64,000 bases of DNA, taken from an uncultured bacterium (GTDB lineage: Bacteria > RBG-13-66-14). Both the position numbers and the translations under genes were made by a program. Numbering within the stretch: position 1 is the first letter of the stretch; each line of letters begins with the position of its first letter. This document shows, in pieces, positions 8,841 to 18,467 of the stretch. The notes under the pieces were generated by a model. It was not told where the DNA came from and ran no database searches. It saw only the letters and a list, made by a program, of their open reading frames with translations. Location of the stretch: NCBI GenBank assembly GCA_964581465.1, contig CAZOOP010000004.1:7459-71458 (forward strand), given 5' to 3'.

Positions 8841-9674
8841 TTGCTTCAGCGCCTTGATCCCGCCGAGCACCGCCGTGTCGAACCGCTGATCCCCCCCGAC
8901 GATCCGCTGACCACCGGTTTGCACTACAGCCTCTTCAGCCGCTCCGCCGAGCCGGGCCTGCCCGGCGTGGACTGCTTCGTCGACGACCCCGCCGCGCCCT
9001 CCCTGGTGTTGACGCGGGACTGGGGGCTGATGTTCCACTCGCCCGAGCCCGGGAGCTTTCAGAAGGCCCTGGACTATCTGCTCTCGAAGGCCTATCTGGC
9101 GCAGCTCGAGGATGAGCTGCCGCCGGACATCGACGAGGAGGTCGGGCGCCACTACCGGGAGGTGCTGCACTTCTCGGCTTTGGAGAACGGCTGGTGCCGG
9201 ATGTTGACCGAGCGGCTGCCCATCGAGCGCGAGAACCGTTGTCTTGTCTATTACTGGGACGCCCCGCCGCCCCGGGAGCCGCGGTTGCCGCTGATCGATC
9301 TGGGTCCCGAGCACGCCGAACTCGTCGAGTCGTTCTGGCCCTACGGCGACGGCGGCGAGGGCTCGATCGGCTATATCCGCTGGTGCCTGAAGAGCGGCCC
9401 CGCCCCGGCCTGGCTCGACGAGAACGGCGAACCCGGCGCCTGGTGCATGACCCACGGCAACGGCTCGATGGGCAACATACACGTTCTCGAGCGCTACCGC
9501 CGCCGGGGTATCGCCAGCGAACTTACCAACGCCATGATCCGCTCCACCCTGGCCGAGGGGCGGCTGCCCTTCTGCCACATCGTGGAGACCAACGAGGCCT
9601 CGATCCGGATGAGCGAGAAGTCCGGCCTGAAGTACGCCGGCCGGGTCAGTTGGATCACGGCGCGTCGGCCGTGA
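8841..9674 (+). CDS. GNAT-family N-acetyltransferase
   Basis: C-terminal acetyl-CoA motif A is VLERYRRRGIASELTNAMI, followed by NEASIRMSEKSGL. Confidence 0.8.
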   Translation: MLQRLDPAEHRRVEPLIPPDDPLTTGLHYSLFSRSAEPGLPGVDCFVDDPAAPSLVLTRDWGLMFHSPEPGSFQKALDYLLSKAYLAQLEDELPPDIDEEVGRHYREVLHFSALENGWCRMLTERLPIERENRCLVYYWDAPPPREPRLPLIDLGPEHAELVESFWPYGDGGEGSIGYIRWCLKSGPAPAWLDENGEPGAWCMTHGNGSMGNIHVLERYRRRGIASELTNAMIRSTLAEGRLPFCHIVETNEASIRMSEKSGLKYAGRVSWITARRP

Positions 9675-10392
9675 GAATCAGTGCCAAGTCGCAATCTGCA
9701 CGGGGATCGTATGCCGAGGGCTTGGTGCAATCGGGGGATTTCGTCTTGCCCGATGGCGAGTGCAATCGTAGCGTTGAGTGCCGCTGTTTGAACACGCTAA
9801 GGGGGCAACTGTCTGTTCGCCGGGATCGACGCAGGAAAACGAACCAGCGCCGAGAATCCATGGAGCAGAACCCGTGGTACACAAGCCCTTGGAGCTGAGA
9901 AGGCAACGGCTCGATAAGGCGACTTGCGGACCGCATCCGCCGATGTTCACACAATACGGGCGCGTCACCTCCTTGCGCTCTTGCGCCCCTGTTCTCCTTA
10001 TCGGTATACAAGGCCGATCAGAAACCGCGCCCTCGTCTGTCGGCTCCATCCGAGTGCAATGGCGGCAGATAGAGCTTTCAGCCAGACCTTACTCACGCAG
10101 GGGCGGAAAACCGTATCGCCCGATTCTCCGCCTTCCGGTAACCGTCTCCGTGTGAAAAAACGAATCATCCTGATCTATCATTGTTTTCGCATGCGGTGGC
10201 GCTACTTACAAGTTCGTTGGTCAATTCCCGATGCCGAAGCTGGAAAGTGACCGTCTCGCTTTGCTATACTGGTTTTGTAATTTACTTTGCAGTGGTGCGG
10301 TTCCATCCAGCAGTCGTTGTCCGCTTGTTTGTGAATGATCAAACGCCGAGGACCCTTCCGTATCATCCACCACCCCCGTCCTAGGAACCACG

Positions 10393-10866
10393 ATGCCCAC
10401 TCCGGATCAGATCCGCGATGTGTTACTCTTCGCCGGTCTCGACGACCGCGAGCTACAGATCGTCGCCGACCAGCTCCAGACCGAGAAGCTAGCCGAGGAC
10501 CAGCCGATTTTCCACGAGGGCGACCCCGGCGACAAGTTCTACATCATCAACGAGGGGATGGTTTCCATCGCCCTGATCATCGAGGGCGTGGGCTCCGAGG
10601 AGCTGCTCTATCTTGAACCGCCGGCCTTCTTCGGCGAGATGGCCCTCATCGACGCCGAGCCGCGCTCGGCCTCGGCCATCTGCCGCCGGCCGACCACCCT
10701 GTTAAGCCTGGACAAGAATTCCTTCGAGCAGCTCATCGACAAGGACATCGACCTGGGCAACAAGCTGATGATCGGCCTGATCCGCACCTTCTGCACGCGT
10801 ATCCGCAAGTCCAACGAGAAGCTGCGCAACTACTACATGATCAACCGCGCCTTCCTGGGCGGTTAG
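10393..10866 (+). CDS. Cyclic-nucleotide-binding domain protein (stand-alone)
   Basis: Contains GDPGDKFYIINEG and the phosphate-binding cassette FFGEMALIDAEPRSASA. No DNA-binding or other output domain at 157 aa. Confidence 0.85.
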   Translation: MPTPDQIRDVLLFAGLDDRELQIVADQLQTEKLAEDQPIFHEGDPGDKFYIINEGMVSIALIIEGVGSEELLYLEPPAFFGEMALIDAEPRSASAICRRPTTLLSLDKNSFEQLIDKDIDLGNKLMIGLIRTFCTRIRKSNEKLRNYYMINRAFLGG

Positions 10867-10979
10867 CCCGACCCGGGAAAGTAAACCCGGCCGTCCCCGG
10901 CCCGATAACCGAAAAACACCCCGGACACCGGACAGGCGCCTTCCAAGCTCTACGATGCCCGACAGCCCAGGGAGCGAGT

Positions 10980-11447
10980 GTGGATATCCCGGATGTGCTC
11001 AAGAAGACCTACCTCTTCTACACCCTCAACAACGAGGAGCTGGCTCAACTGGCCGCCAAGGCCCGGTCGGAGAGCTTCGACAAGGGCCAGGTCATCTTCC
11101 GCGAGGGCGACGAGGGCGGCTCCCTCTACATCATCCGCAGCGGCAAGGTCAATGTGGAGAAGAACCTGAGCCAGGGCGTGGACGCCGTACTCGTCCAACT
11201 CGGCCAGTTCTTCTTCTTCGGCGAGATCTCCCTCTTCGACGGCGGCAAGCGCTCGGCCACCGTCTCAGCCGTCGAGCCCACCGAGTGCCTGATCCTCGAT
11301 AAAGCCGCCTTCTGGGCCGCCATGATGGCCAATCCCCAGTCCGCCCACAAAGTCTACCGAGCCATACTCAGCTTCCACTCCAACGCCATCCGCCGCGCCA
11401 ACGAACGCTTCCGCAACTTCCTGGGCCAGGCTCTGGACAACATCTGA
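10980..11447 (+). CDS. Cyclic-nucleotide-binding domain protein (stand-alone), paralog
   Basis: Contains GDEGGSLYIIRSG and FFGEISLFDGGKRSATV. 155 aa. Confidence 0.85.
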   Translation: MDIPDVLKKTYLFYTLNNEELAQLAAKARSESFDKGQVIFREGDEGGSLYIIRSGKVNVEKNLSQGVDAVLVQLGQFFFFGEISLFDGGKRSATVSAVEPTECLILDKAAFWAAMMANPQSAHKVYRAILSFHSNAIRRANERFRNFLGQALDNI

Positions 11448-11505
11448 GCGCAATGTTGCGCGACCTCCCGAATACGGGATCGCCCCTGGGCGGTCCCGCG
11501 TCGTA

Positions 11506-11691
11506 GGCGACCTCGGCGAAACACCTTCCGCAACGCCCTCCCGCCGGCACCGGCGTTGGCACGTTTCTTGCGGAAGACGCCGCGGCTTCGTCCAGGCGGC
11601 CGCCCCGCCCTGCTGCAAGAAACGTGCCAACGCCTCCCCGAAGAAACGTTCCAGCGGGTTCCCCGGCCGGGGCCGTTTTGCCGAGGTCGCC
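11506..11691. repeat. Compound palindromic repeat, copy 1 (inner core 11552-11634)
   Basis: Inner arms are GGCGTTGGCACGTTTCTTGC / GCAAGAAACGTGCCAACGCC. Outer arms are GGCGACCTCGGCGAAAC / GTTTTGCCGAGGTCGCC. Intergenic. Confidence 0.9.
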
Positions 11692-12257
11692 GCATAGCGG
11701 CCGGCCGTTGCGGGGGAGGGGCGCCGTCTGGTAATATCCCCGGGCGTTCCCGCCGCGGCATCCGAACAGGCTGTTGGATCGACTCGGTCTGGACTTAATC
11801 CCTGGCTGGTAGCTTGTTTCATTATAATCGGGTTTGGGGGTCAGGCGCCCCCGGACAGCCATGTATAAGCTAACAGCTTGTCAGATATGCTTTATCGCTC
11901 TATATGCTGTCATTTCCCGGTAGTCGATTTATGGTAACGTAGCGCATCTTGATAGTTACGCGGCAAGAAGCAGAAACGTCGGTCCCGCCGGTCAGGCGGA
12001 AGCTGCTGCAGCTATTGATGGGTAGCGGGTTATCAGCGGGCTGTCGTCTGGTTTCGCCCCGGCGTCAGCCGGACGCTGGAGCGAGTTGGTGGCATTTGCG
12101 AGCAGAAATCAAACACAACTCCCTCGCAGCAACTCTCAGTCACAACAGATGCTGATCCGGTTCATGGAGATGATCCCTGGTTTTGATAAGCGCAAGAAGC
12201 ACTATTCAACTTCTCCCGATTAATTTTCCAGGCGCATTGCCGATACTCCCGGTGAGG

Positions 12258-13190
12258 ATGATGAAGAATCGATTGTGGGCGCTACTGCTTCCCGTATTGC
12301 TGATCCCGGCCTGCGGGCGCGCCGACGCCGACGCCGAGGCCGATGCATCGGCGGAGGACGCCGAGCTGACCGCCCCGGTCCGCGTGCTGCTCGGCGTCGT
12401 CCGACCGGCGGAGCAGGCGGTTCACGACGAAGCCTGGCTTGAACTGTTGGAGGAGCTGCCCGGCCCCGACGGCGCCATGGGCGTCAGCTTCAGCGACGGC
12501 GACTGGGAACCGGAGTCGACGGGCCTGATTATCGAGCCGACGCCGGAACGGGCCGAGACGATCCATCCCAGGTCTCGGCGGCCGATGGTGACGACGGCGC
12601 TCTACGAACCGCTCTACCGGGAGTGGACCCACGATCTGGCCGAACGCCTGGGGATCGATCCCGACGAGCTGGTCGAGGTCGCGCCGGGCCACGCCCTGGA
12701 GGCGGTCACGCTGACCACGGGAACGGATTTCGACCACGCGGCCCTGCGGGTCTATCCGGACGGCCGCCCCCCGTCGATCGCTCCGACGGAGCTCATCGAG
12801 CGGGGCCACGGCGAGGGCACGGTGATCTACGTCGATCTCTCCGCGTTTACCGCCACCCTCTTCGTCGATGGAGAGATCATCAAGACCTGGACGGTGGCCA
12901 CGGGCAAGCCCTCGACACCGACGCCGCCGGGCGTCTACGAGATAGTGCGCCTGAAGGCCGATCCGATCTGGAGCTGGGAGGGTCGCCGCTACCCGGCCGG
13001 CGATCCGGAGAACGGTCTGGGCTCGCGCTGGATAGGCATCGACCTGCCGGCCTACGGCATGCACGGCACCAACGAGCCCGACTCGATCGGCACCGCGGCC
13101 AGCCACGGCTGCATCCGCTCGAGCAATGCGGACATCGAAGAGGTCTTCGAGTACCTGTCCATCGGGGATAAGATCATCTGGGCCGAATAG
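12258..13190 (+). CDS. L,D-transpeptidase (YkuD domain) lipoprotein
   Basis: Signal/lipobox MMKNRLWALLLPVLLIPAC. Catalytic motif HGTNEPDSIGTAASHGCIRS. GGTGAGG lies upstream of ATG 12258. Confidence 0.88.
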   Translation: MMKNRLWALLLPVLLIPACGRADADAEADASAEDAELTAPVRVLLGVVRPAEQAVHDEAWLELLEELPGPDGAMGVSFSDGDWEPESTGLIIEPTPERAETIHPRSRRPMVTTALYEPLYREWTHDLAERLGIDPDELVEVAPGHALEAVTLTTGTDFDHAALRVYPDGRPPSIAPTELIERGHGEGTVIYVDLSAFTATLFVDGEIIKTWTVATGKPSTPTPPGVYEIVRLKADPIWSWEGRRYPAGDPENGLGSRWIGIDLPAYGMHGTNEPDSIGTAASHGCIRSSNADIEEVFEYLSIGDKIIWAE

Positions 13191-13212
13191 CACGCCTTGG
13201 CAACAATAGAAA

Positions 13213-13234
13213 AAACGCCCCCGCGGGGGCGTTT
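13213..13234 (+). terminator. Putative intrinsic terminator hairpin
   Basis: AAACGCCCCCGCGGGGGCGTTT lies directly after the ldt stop. The T-tract is short. Confidence 0.5.
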
Positions 13235-13416
13235 GTCTAATCCAGGGCTGAGGTCGAGTTGCGATGCCCTCGTGCCCTCGGATCGGTTGATGGGTATCGG
13301 AAGCTGGTTGTGATATTGATGATCACGCGGAGCATACGTAAAGGAGAGGCTTATCCAGCCTCCGACTATGATTTCGAACCACTGATGGATCGTTGTGTTT
13401 TCGAGAAAACGTTCTG

Positions 13417-14382
13417 CTACGGCACATTGTGGAGGGAGTCGACGCTTTCCACGATGAGTTCCCGCGCGGCGGGGTCCCCGGCGGAACAGCTCCCGTCGAC
13501 CAGGTAGTAGCTCTTGCCGATCAGCGCTGCGGCGTCGTAGTGCCAGACGTCGCCGATGGTGTAGGCCTGGAAGGCGGCGGGGAAGGAATCCTCTTCGAAG
13601 CGCGCCGGACCGTCGAAATCGACGTCGTCGTGGAGCGCCCGGATCTCCCGGCGCAGCCCGGCGGCCAGATCGAAGGACTCACCGCCGCCGGTGTGGGGGT
13701 GGCGCTTGTAGAACAGAATCAGCGCCCCGCCGCGTTCGAGAAGGATTTCATTCTCGCCGCGGCGCGCGCTCCAGCCCGACCCGGCCGGGACCAGCGCCGG
13801 ACCGTCAAGGACGACGGCCTCACCGGCGGCCAGCTCCTCGCGGGGCGGCGGCGGAGCGATGACTAAAGAAGCTGTCAGAGCTTCGAGCTCGCCCTCGAGT
13901 CCGGCGAACTCCTCGATTGGCGCGGAGAGGGCGAAGACGAAGTAGCGGTCGTCGGTTTTGTAGAGGCGGATGTGGTTGCGGTAGCCGTCCGGGGTGGTGA
14001 ACTCCCGGGCGATCCAGGGACGGGGCTGGTCGCCGGAACCGGCGTCGACGAGGTCGGTGAGCTCGGGGTGGGTTTCCCTTATCCGGCCATCGAGCAGGAC
14101 GCCCGGCGGCGGGTCCTGCGGGGTGACGAAACCGGACTGGTGGCAGCGCGCCACGGCGTCGGCGATGTCCACGCCGCGCTTGAGGGTCAGCATCCCGGTG
14201 ATCTCCTCGTCGCGGTGCCAGAGGTCGTTGGGCCGGGTGAGCTCGAGTCGGCCCTCGGAGTAGGTTTCGGGCTCCTCGGAACAGGCGCCGAGGCCGAGCA
14301 GGAGGAGCGGCAGGATCGTAAGCGCGACGCCGCCGTATAGGCGGTGTGAGCGGACGCTTCGCTTATCGGCGTTTAGTCGCAT
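13417..14382 (-). CDS. Hypothetical lipoprotein (DcrB/PsbP-like, secreted Cys-motif family)
   Basis: Lipobox LLLLGLGAC. The C-terminal YYLVDGSCSAGDPAARELIVESVDSL matches the C-terminal pattern of the three upstream genes. Confidence 0.75.
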   Translation of the reverse strand: MRLNADKRSVRSHRLYGGVALTILPLLLLGLGACSEEPETYSEGRLELTRPNDLWHRDEEITGMLTLKRGVDIADAVARCHQSGFVTPQDPPPGVLLDGRIRETHPELTDLVDAGSGDQPRPWIAREFTTPDGYRNHIRLYKTDDRYFVFALSAPIEEFAGLEGELEALTASLVIAPPPPREELAAGEAVVLDGPALVPAGSGWSARRGENEILLERGGALILFYKRHPHTGGGESFDLAAGLRREIRALHDDVDFDGPARFEEDSFPAAFQAYTIGDVWHYDAAALIGKSYYLVDGSCSAGDPAARELIVESVDSLHNVP

Positions 14383-14475
14383 CGGTTGAGGTTGTTGGCC
14401 GCTAAGCGGGTTAAAGCTGTAGCGGCGTTTTCGATGGTTAAGCTCGCAGCCGGAAAAACCGGTCCGCCGGAGGAC

Positions 14476-15045
14476 TCACCAGCCTTGCGGAGCGTTGAAG
14501 GAGACCTCGCCCAGCAGGGTGTCAAGCTCGTCCTCGACCAGTCGCTGCTCACCCAGTTCGCAGGAGAGGCGCAGCAGGTAGAGGCCGCCGGCGGGCGGCG
14601 CGTAGATGACGGCGCGGATGTGATCGCCGTCCGCGGCGAAGCTGAGCTGGACGGCGGGAACGGCGCCGCCGGAGTCGAAACGCCGCAGGTGATCGGCGTC
14701 GCCGTAGAGCTCCCGGCAGACCTCGGCGAGGAAACGGGCCAGCTCCTCGATCAATCCCGTGGGGTCTTGGCGCTCGTCCAGGGCCTTCGTCAGACCGGCG
14801 TCGGGAGCGACCAGCTCCAGGGAGCCCACCACGAAGCCCGGCTCGCGTCGGTCGCCACCGTAGAGCACCAACGCTTGGGGGCCGCTGTTGATCGTCCAGT
14901 CGTCGGCGGGCATTACCAGAGCGGCCCCACGCCAGACCACGACCTCGCCCCGGGTGGTCAAACGAGCCCCGGCGGGGACCCGGGTGCAGACAACCAGCAA
15001 GAGCAGCAGGATCATAACCGGATAGAAGCGTTTGGTCAGGACCAT
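14476..15045 (-). CDS. Hypothetical secreted protein (Cys-motif family)
   Basis: Signal MVLTKRFYPVMILLLLLVV. GDHIRAVIYAPPAGGLYLLRLSCELGEQRLVEDELDTLLGEVSF aligns with the next gene. Confidence 0.75.
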   Translation of the reverse strand: MVLTKRFYPVMILLLLLVVCTRVPAGARLTTRGEVVVWRGAALVMPADDWTINSGPQALVLYGGDRREPGFVVGSLELVAPDAGLTKALDERQDPTGLIEELARFLAEVCRELYGDADHLRRFDSGGAVPAVQLSFAADGDHIRAVIYAPPAGGLYLLRLSCELGEQRLVEDELDTLLGEVSFNAPQGW

Positions 15046-15548
15046 CGGAAACCGGCCAGCAGGGCGTCGAGAACCCCGGAGAGGGTCCGGGACAGGGATT
15101 GACGGCACCAGAGGGTCAGGTTATAGAGCCTCGGCGGGTCCCAGATCAGGTGCTCGCGGATGTGGCGGTCGCCGCTGCGGAACTCCAGCGAGAGCACCAG
15201 CGGACCGTCGTCGCCGAAGTAGTAGGGACCGGCGGGCTCGGCGACCTCAGTGTAACTCTCCTGGACCACCAGGGCCAGGTAGTCGCTGAGCACGTCGGCC
15301 TGGGCGGCGCGGCCCTCGACGAAACCGAGCTCAGCGGGCGGAGTCAGCCGCAACGCTCGGGCGCCGGCCCGGGGTCCGCCCAGGTCGGCCGAGTAGAGCT
15401 CCGGCCCGTTCTCATCGGCTCGATCCTCCCAGTCGCCCCAATCGTTGGGAGCGGTGAGCCGCATCCCGGCGGCCTCGCTGACCAGGGTCTCGGTCGCGTT
15501 AATGGATAGAACCATCAGGCAGATCAGTGCTGTACCGCGGGCCAACAC
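15036..15548 (-). CDS. Hypothetical secreted protein (Cys-motif family)
   Basis: Signal MLARGTALICLMVLSINA, then GDRHIREHLIWDPPRLYNLTLWCRQSLSRTLSGVLDALLAGF. Confidence 0.75.
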   Translation of the reverse strand: MLARGTALICLMVLSINATETLVSEAAGMRLTAPNDWGDWEDRADENGPELYSADLGGPRAGARALRLTPPAELGFVEGRAAQADVLSDYLALVVQESYTEVAEPAGPYYFGDDGPLVLSLEFRSGDRHIREHLIWDPPRLYNLTLWCRQSLSRTLSGVLDALLAGFRWS

Positions 15549-15560
15549 GTCGTCACCCGC

Positions 15561-16286
15561 CTAGCCCTGTTCGGAGATGTACTCACGGCAGGCGGCGATG
15601 CCCTGGTGGAGCATACTCCAGATCTCGCTCTCCAGCTCTGGCCACCACTCGCCGTCGCACTCCACGCAGAAGTTGACGTAGCCCTGCTCGTCGGCCGGGA
15701 AGCCGATCTCGACGTAGTGGATTCCCCAGGAGTCCAGCTCGTAAAAAATGTAACCGTCGCCCTCGTAGGGGCCGCGGACGTTCTCGACCTCATCGTAGTA
15801 ATACTGGGTGATGCCGTAGAGCTCCTCGTCGATCTCGGTCCAGATATCACCCTCCAGATTGAAGACGGGCTCGGCGCGCTCCTCGACCGGCTCGGTCTTG
15901 TTGGTCAGGTGCGTGCCGCCACCGCCGCCCCAATCGCCCTCGTAATATAGATAGACCGAGTAGAGACGGGCGTTGTAGTAGTCCACAGCCGGGTCGGTAT
16001 CGGGAGCGTAGAACATCACGTCGACACCCTCGATTACCCAGTCTTCCAACGGCTCGATCCAGGGTGTGGAGTCGATGGCCGTCTCGAGGCCGCCGGCGCT
16101 GTACTCCTCCATGCCGCCGAGGTACTCCAGGAACTGCTCTTCGCTATCAAAATCACCGTACTCGGCGGTTTCATCCCCCTGGGCCGCGGCGAGAGCGCAG
16201 AAGAAAAGAATCAGGCAGAGCGGCAGGCGTCGGATAAGCACCAGTACCCCCTTGGTAAACGGATGTGGGCTGAACACTCGCATCAC
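15561..16286 (-). CDS. Hypothetical acidic secreted protein (Cys-motif family)
   Basis: Signal LPLCLILFFCALAAAQG. The C-terminus is YVNFCVECDGEWWPELESEIWSMLHQGI. First gene of a four-gene minus-strand operon. Confidence 0.75.
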   Translation of the reverse strand: MMRVFSPHPFTKGVLVLIRRLPLCLILFFCALAAAQGDETAEYGDFDSEEQFLEYLGGMEEYSAGGLETAIDSTPWIEPLEDWVIEGVDVMFYAPDTDPAVDYYNARLYSVYLYYEGDWGGGGGTHLTNKTEPVEERAEPVFNLEGDIWTEIDEELYGITQYYYDEVENVRGPYEGDGYIFYELDSWGIHYVEIGFPADEQGYVNFCVECDGEWWPELESEIWSMLHQGIAACREYISEQG

Positions 16287-16389
16287 TGACCTATTCTAAC
16301 CTCACCTCGGGATAAATGCGAGTGTTTTTGCCTCTCCAACACGGAGAGCCACGCAGCCACAGCCCCAAAAAGCGCCTGGAGCCCGGTTG

Positions 16390-16589
16390 CGCCCCCGCCA
16401 AAACGGCCTTACATCGCTCCGGTTTGACTTAACGGGGGCGGGGCGGCTTTGGCACGTTTCTTGCAGCAGAGCGGGGCGGCTGTCTGCCGGTTCCCGCATC
16501 GCTTTCCGCAAGAAACGTGCCAAAGCCGCCCCGCCGGGTATCCCGACTCGTTCCCGCCGCCGGTAGGGCCGTTTTGCCGGGGGTGGGCG
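16390..16589. repeat. Compound palindromic repeat, copy 2 (inner core 16445-16527)
   Basis: Inner arms are GGCTTTGGCACGTTTCTTGC / GCAAGAAACGTGCCAAAGCC. Outer arms are CGCCCCCGCCAAAACGGCC / GGCCGTTTTGCCGGGGG. It sits in the divergent region between 16286 (-) and lnt (+). Confidence 0.9.
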
Positions 16590-16757
16590 CCGCGGGTTCC
16601 GGCGGAGTTGACCGTTCGCGGCGGCTGTTCTAAACTGGTGCGGACCCGGAACCCGGAGTGGAAATCAGCCTTGAGTGCCGAGATCAGACCAGCCCGGGGT
16701 AAGCGGCTCGCGCCGCCGTACGGCGAGCTGCTCGATGAGCGTCGCCTGGACGGTCGG

Positions 16758-18467
16758 GTGGCCCTGCCGCCGCCCAACGTTTTCGTTCGTATCGCTTTGA
16801 TCGTCGGGGGCGCGGCCTTCTATATCTTGAGCTACCCCAAGTTCGGGCTTTACGGACTGGCCTGGTTCTGTCTGGCGCCGCTATTCGTGGCCACGCGCAA
16901 CCTCGCGCCGGCCCAGGCCTTCCGTCACTGGTTCGCCTTCATGTTTCTGGTCAACGTGGGCGGTTGCTACTGGCTGGCGCCGATCACGGTTCCCGGCTTC
17001 ATCGTCAGCAACCTGCTGATGTCGCTGTATACGGGTCTGGGCGGGATCGTCGCGGTAATCGTCTACCGCAAGGTGCCCCGGGTGCCCTGGTGGTTGGCGG
17101 CGTTTTTGGGCTTCGCGGCTTCCGAGTACTTGAAGAGCCTGGGTTTCTTCGCCTTCCCGTGGCTGGCCCTTGGTTACTCCCAGGCGCGCAACCTGGCCGG
17201 GGTGCAGTTCGCCGCCCTCTTCGGCGTTTATGGCGTCTCGGCGGCGATCATACTTTTCAACGCCTTGGCCGCCGAGGTCGTCGATCTGCTGCGCCGCCGC
17301 TCCTTCAAGCGGGCGCTGATCTACGGCAACATCGCCCTGTTGGGGGTGGTGCTGATTCACTTCGGCGGCATCCTGGCCCTGGACGAGCCTGAACCGACGG
17401 ACCCACCGGTGACCGCCGGGATCATCCAGGCAGGCATCGCTCAGGATCTCAAGTGGAACTACGATTTCCGGGCCACCGGTGAGACCTACCGGATCTACCA
17501 GCGCCAGGTCGAGAAGGTGCTCGATCAAGCCGCCGAGCCGCCGGACATCATCATCTGGCCCGAGTCCTCGGCCAGTTGCTATATGGAGAAGACGCCGCGT
17601 TGGCTGGAGCGTGTGCGGGGCATCGTCAACCTCTCGGGTTGCCGCCACCTGGTGGGTACCCAGGTCGAGGACTTCCTCGGCCCCGGTGGAACCGAGCGGC
17701 ACTTCAACGCCGCCCTGCTCTACGAGCCGGGCAATCCCGAACCCCTGGAGCGCTACTACAAGGTCCACCTGGTGCCCTTTTCCGAGACCATCCCCTTCGG
17801 CAAGGACATCCCGATCATCGCCGAGATGATCGAGCGGGCCAGCGACTTCGATGCCGGCTGGCGGATGCCGTTGTTCGAGGTGACCCCGGGACGCGGCGGC
17901 GAGCCCTGGCCGCCGTCGGGGGATCACACGGGCCCGCGCCGTTCCTGGATGCCGTCGGATCATGTCTCATACGATCCCCCCGAGGTCACCGATCGAAACC
18001 TCGTCGCGCCCGAGCTTCCCGACAAGCCTGTGATCGCCCGCCTGGGCCTGTTGATCTGCTTCGAGAGTATCTACCCGGAGATGGCCCTCGACTACACCCG
18101 GCGCGGCGCCGACGCCCTTGTTGTGACCACCAACGACGCCTGGTTCCGCCAGAGCGCAGCTCCCTTCCAGCATCTGGAGGTCGCCGCGCTGCGCGCCGTG
18201 GAGAGCCGGGTACCCGTACTGCGTGCGGCCAACGCCGGGGTGAGTTGCTGGATCGACCCCTGGGGGCGTTTCTACGACGAGACCCCCCTGGACGTCGAGG
18301 CCGCCGTCACCGTCCACCTGCCCAGGAAGGAAGGACCGACGCTCTACATGCGCATTGGCGATCTGCTGCCCCGCCTCGAGCTGGCCGCCTTCATCGCCTT
18401 GGGATTGCTGGCGGCCGTGCTGACCTACCTGGAGCGCCGCCGGCGGGGTCCACGGCGCCGCAAGTAA
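16758..18467 (+). CDS. lnt: Apolipoprotein N-acyltransferase
   Basis: Multi-TM N-terminus (LSYPKFGLYGLAWFCLAPLF) plus a CN-hydrolase domain with IIWPES and LLICFESIYPE. The start is set at in-frame GTG 16758, because the track ORF runs through the repeat. Confidence 0.85.
   Translation: MALPPPNVFVRIALIVGGAAFYILSYPKFGLYGLAWFCLAPLFVATRNLAPAQAFRHWFAFMFLVNVGGCYWLAPITVPGFIVSNLLMSLYTGLGGIVAVIVYRKVPRVPWWLAAFLGFAASEYLKSLGFFAFPWLALGYSQARNLAGVQFAALFGVYGVSAAIILFNALAAEVVDLLRRRSFKRALIYGNIALLGVVLIHFGGILALDEPEPTDPPVTAGIIQAGIAQDLKWNYDFRATGETYRIYQRQVEKVLDQAAEPPDIIIWPESSASCYMEKTPRWLERVRGIVNLSGCRHLVGTQVEDFLGPGGTERHFNAALLYEPGNPEPLERYYKVHLVPFSETIPFGKDIPIIAEMIERASDFDAGWRMPLFEVTPGRGGEPWPPSGDHTGPRRSWMPSDHVSYDPPEVTDRNLVAPELPDKPVIARLGLLICFESIYPEMALDYTRRGADALVVTTNDAWFRQSAAPFQHLEVAALRAVESRVPVLRAANAGVSCWIDPWGRFYDETPLDVEAAVTVHLPRKEGPTLYMRIGDLLPRLELAAFIALGLLAAVLTYLERRRRGPRRRK

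Noticed and set aside
9680-10392. 700-nt region with several overlapping 100-125-aa ORFs on both strands.
   Set aside because: None has an SD site, a signal peptide or a family motif, and they mutually overlap. The region is treated as intergenic, with a possible regulatory or ncRNA role left untested.
11556-11798. ORFs starting MARFL(Q/R).. and containing ..LLQETCQ.. at 11556, 16302, 16449, 22752, 28133 and 54370.
   Set aside because: The recurring peptide is just the translation of the palindromic repeat arms (TTGGCACGTTTCTTGC). Where such an ORF runs into a real gene (lnt, the methyltransferase), the start was moved downstream of the repeat.
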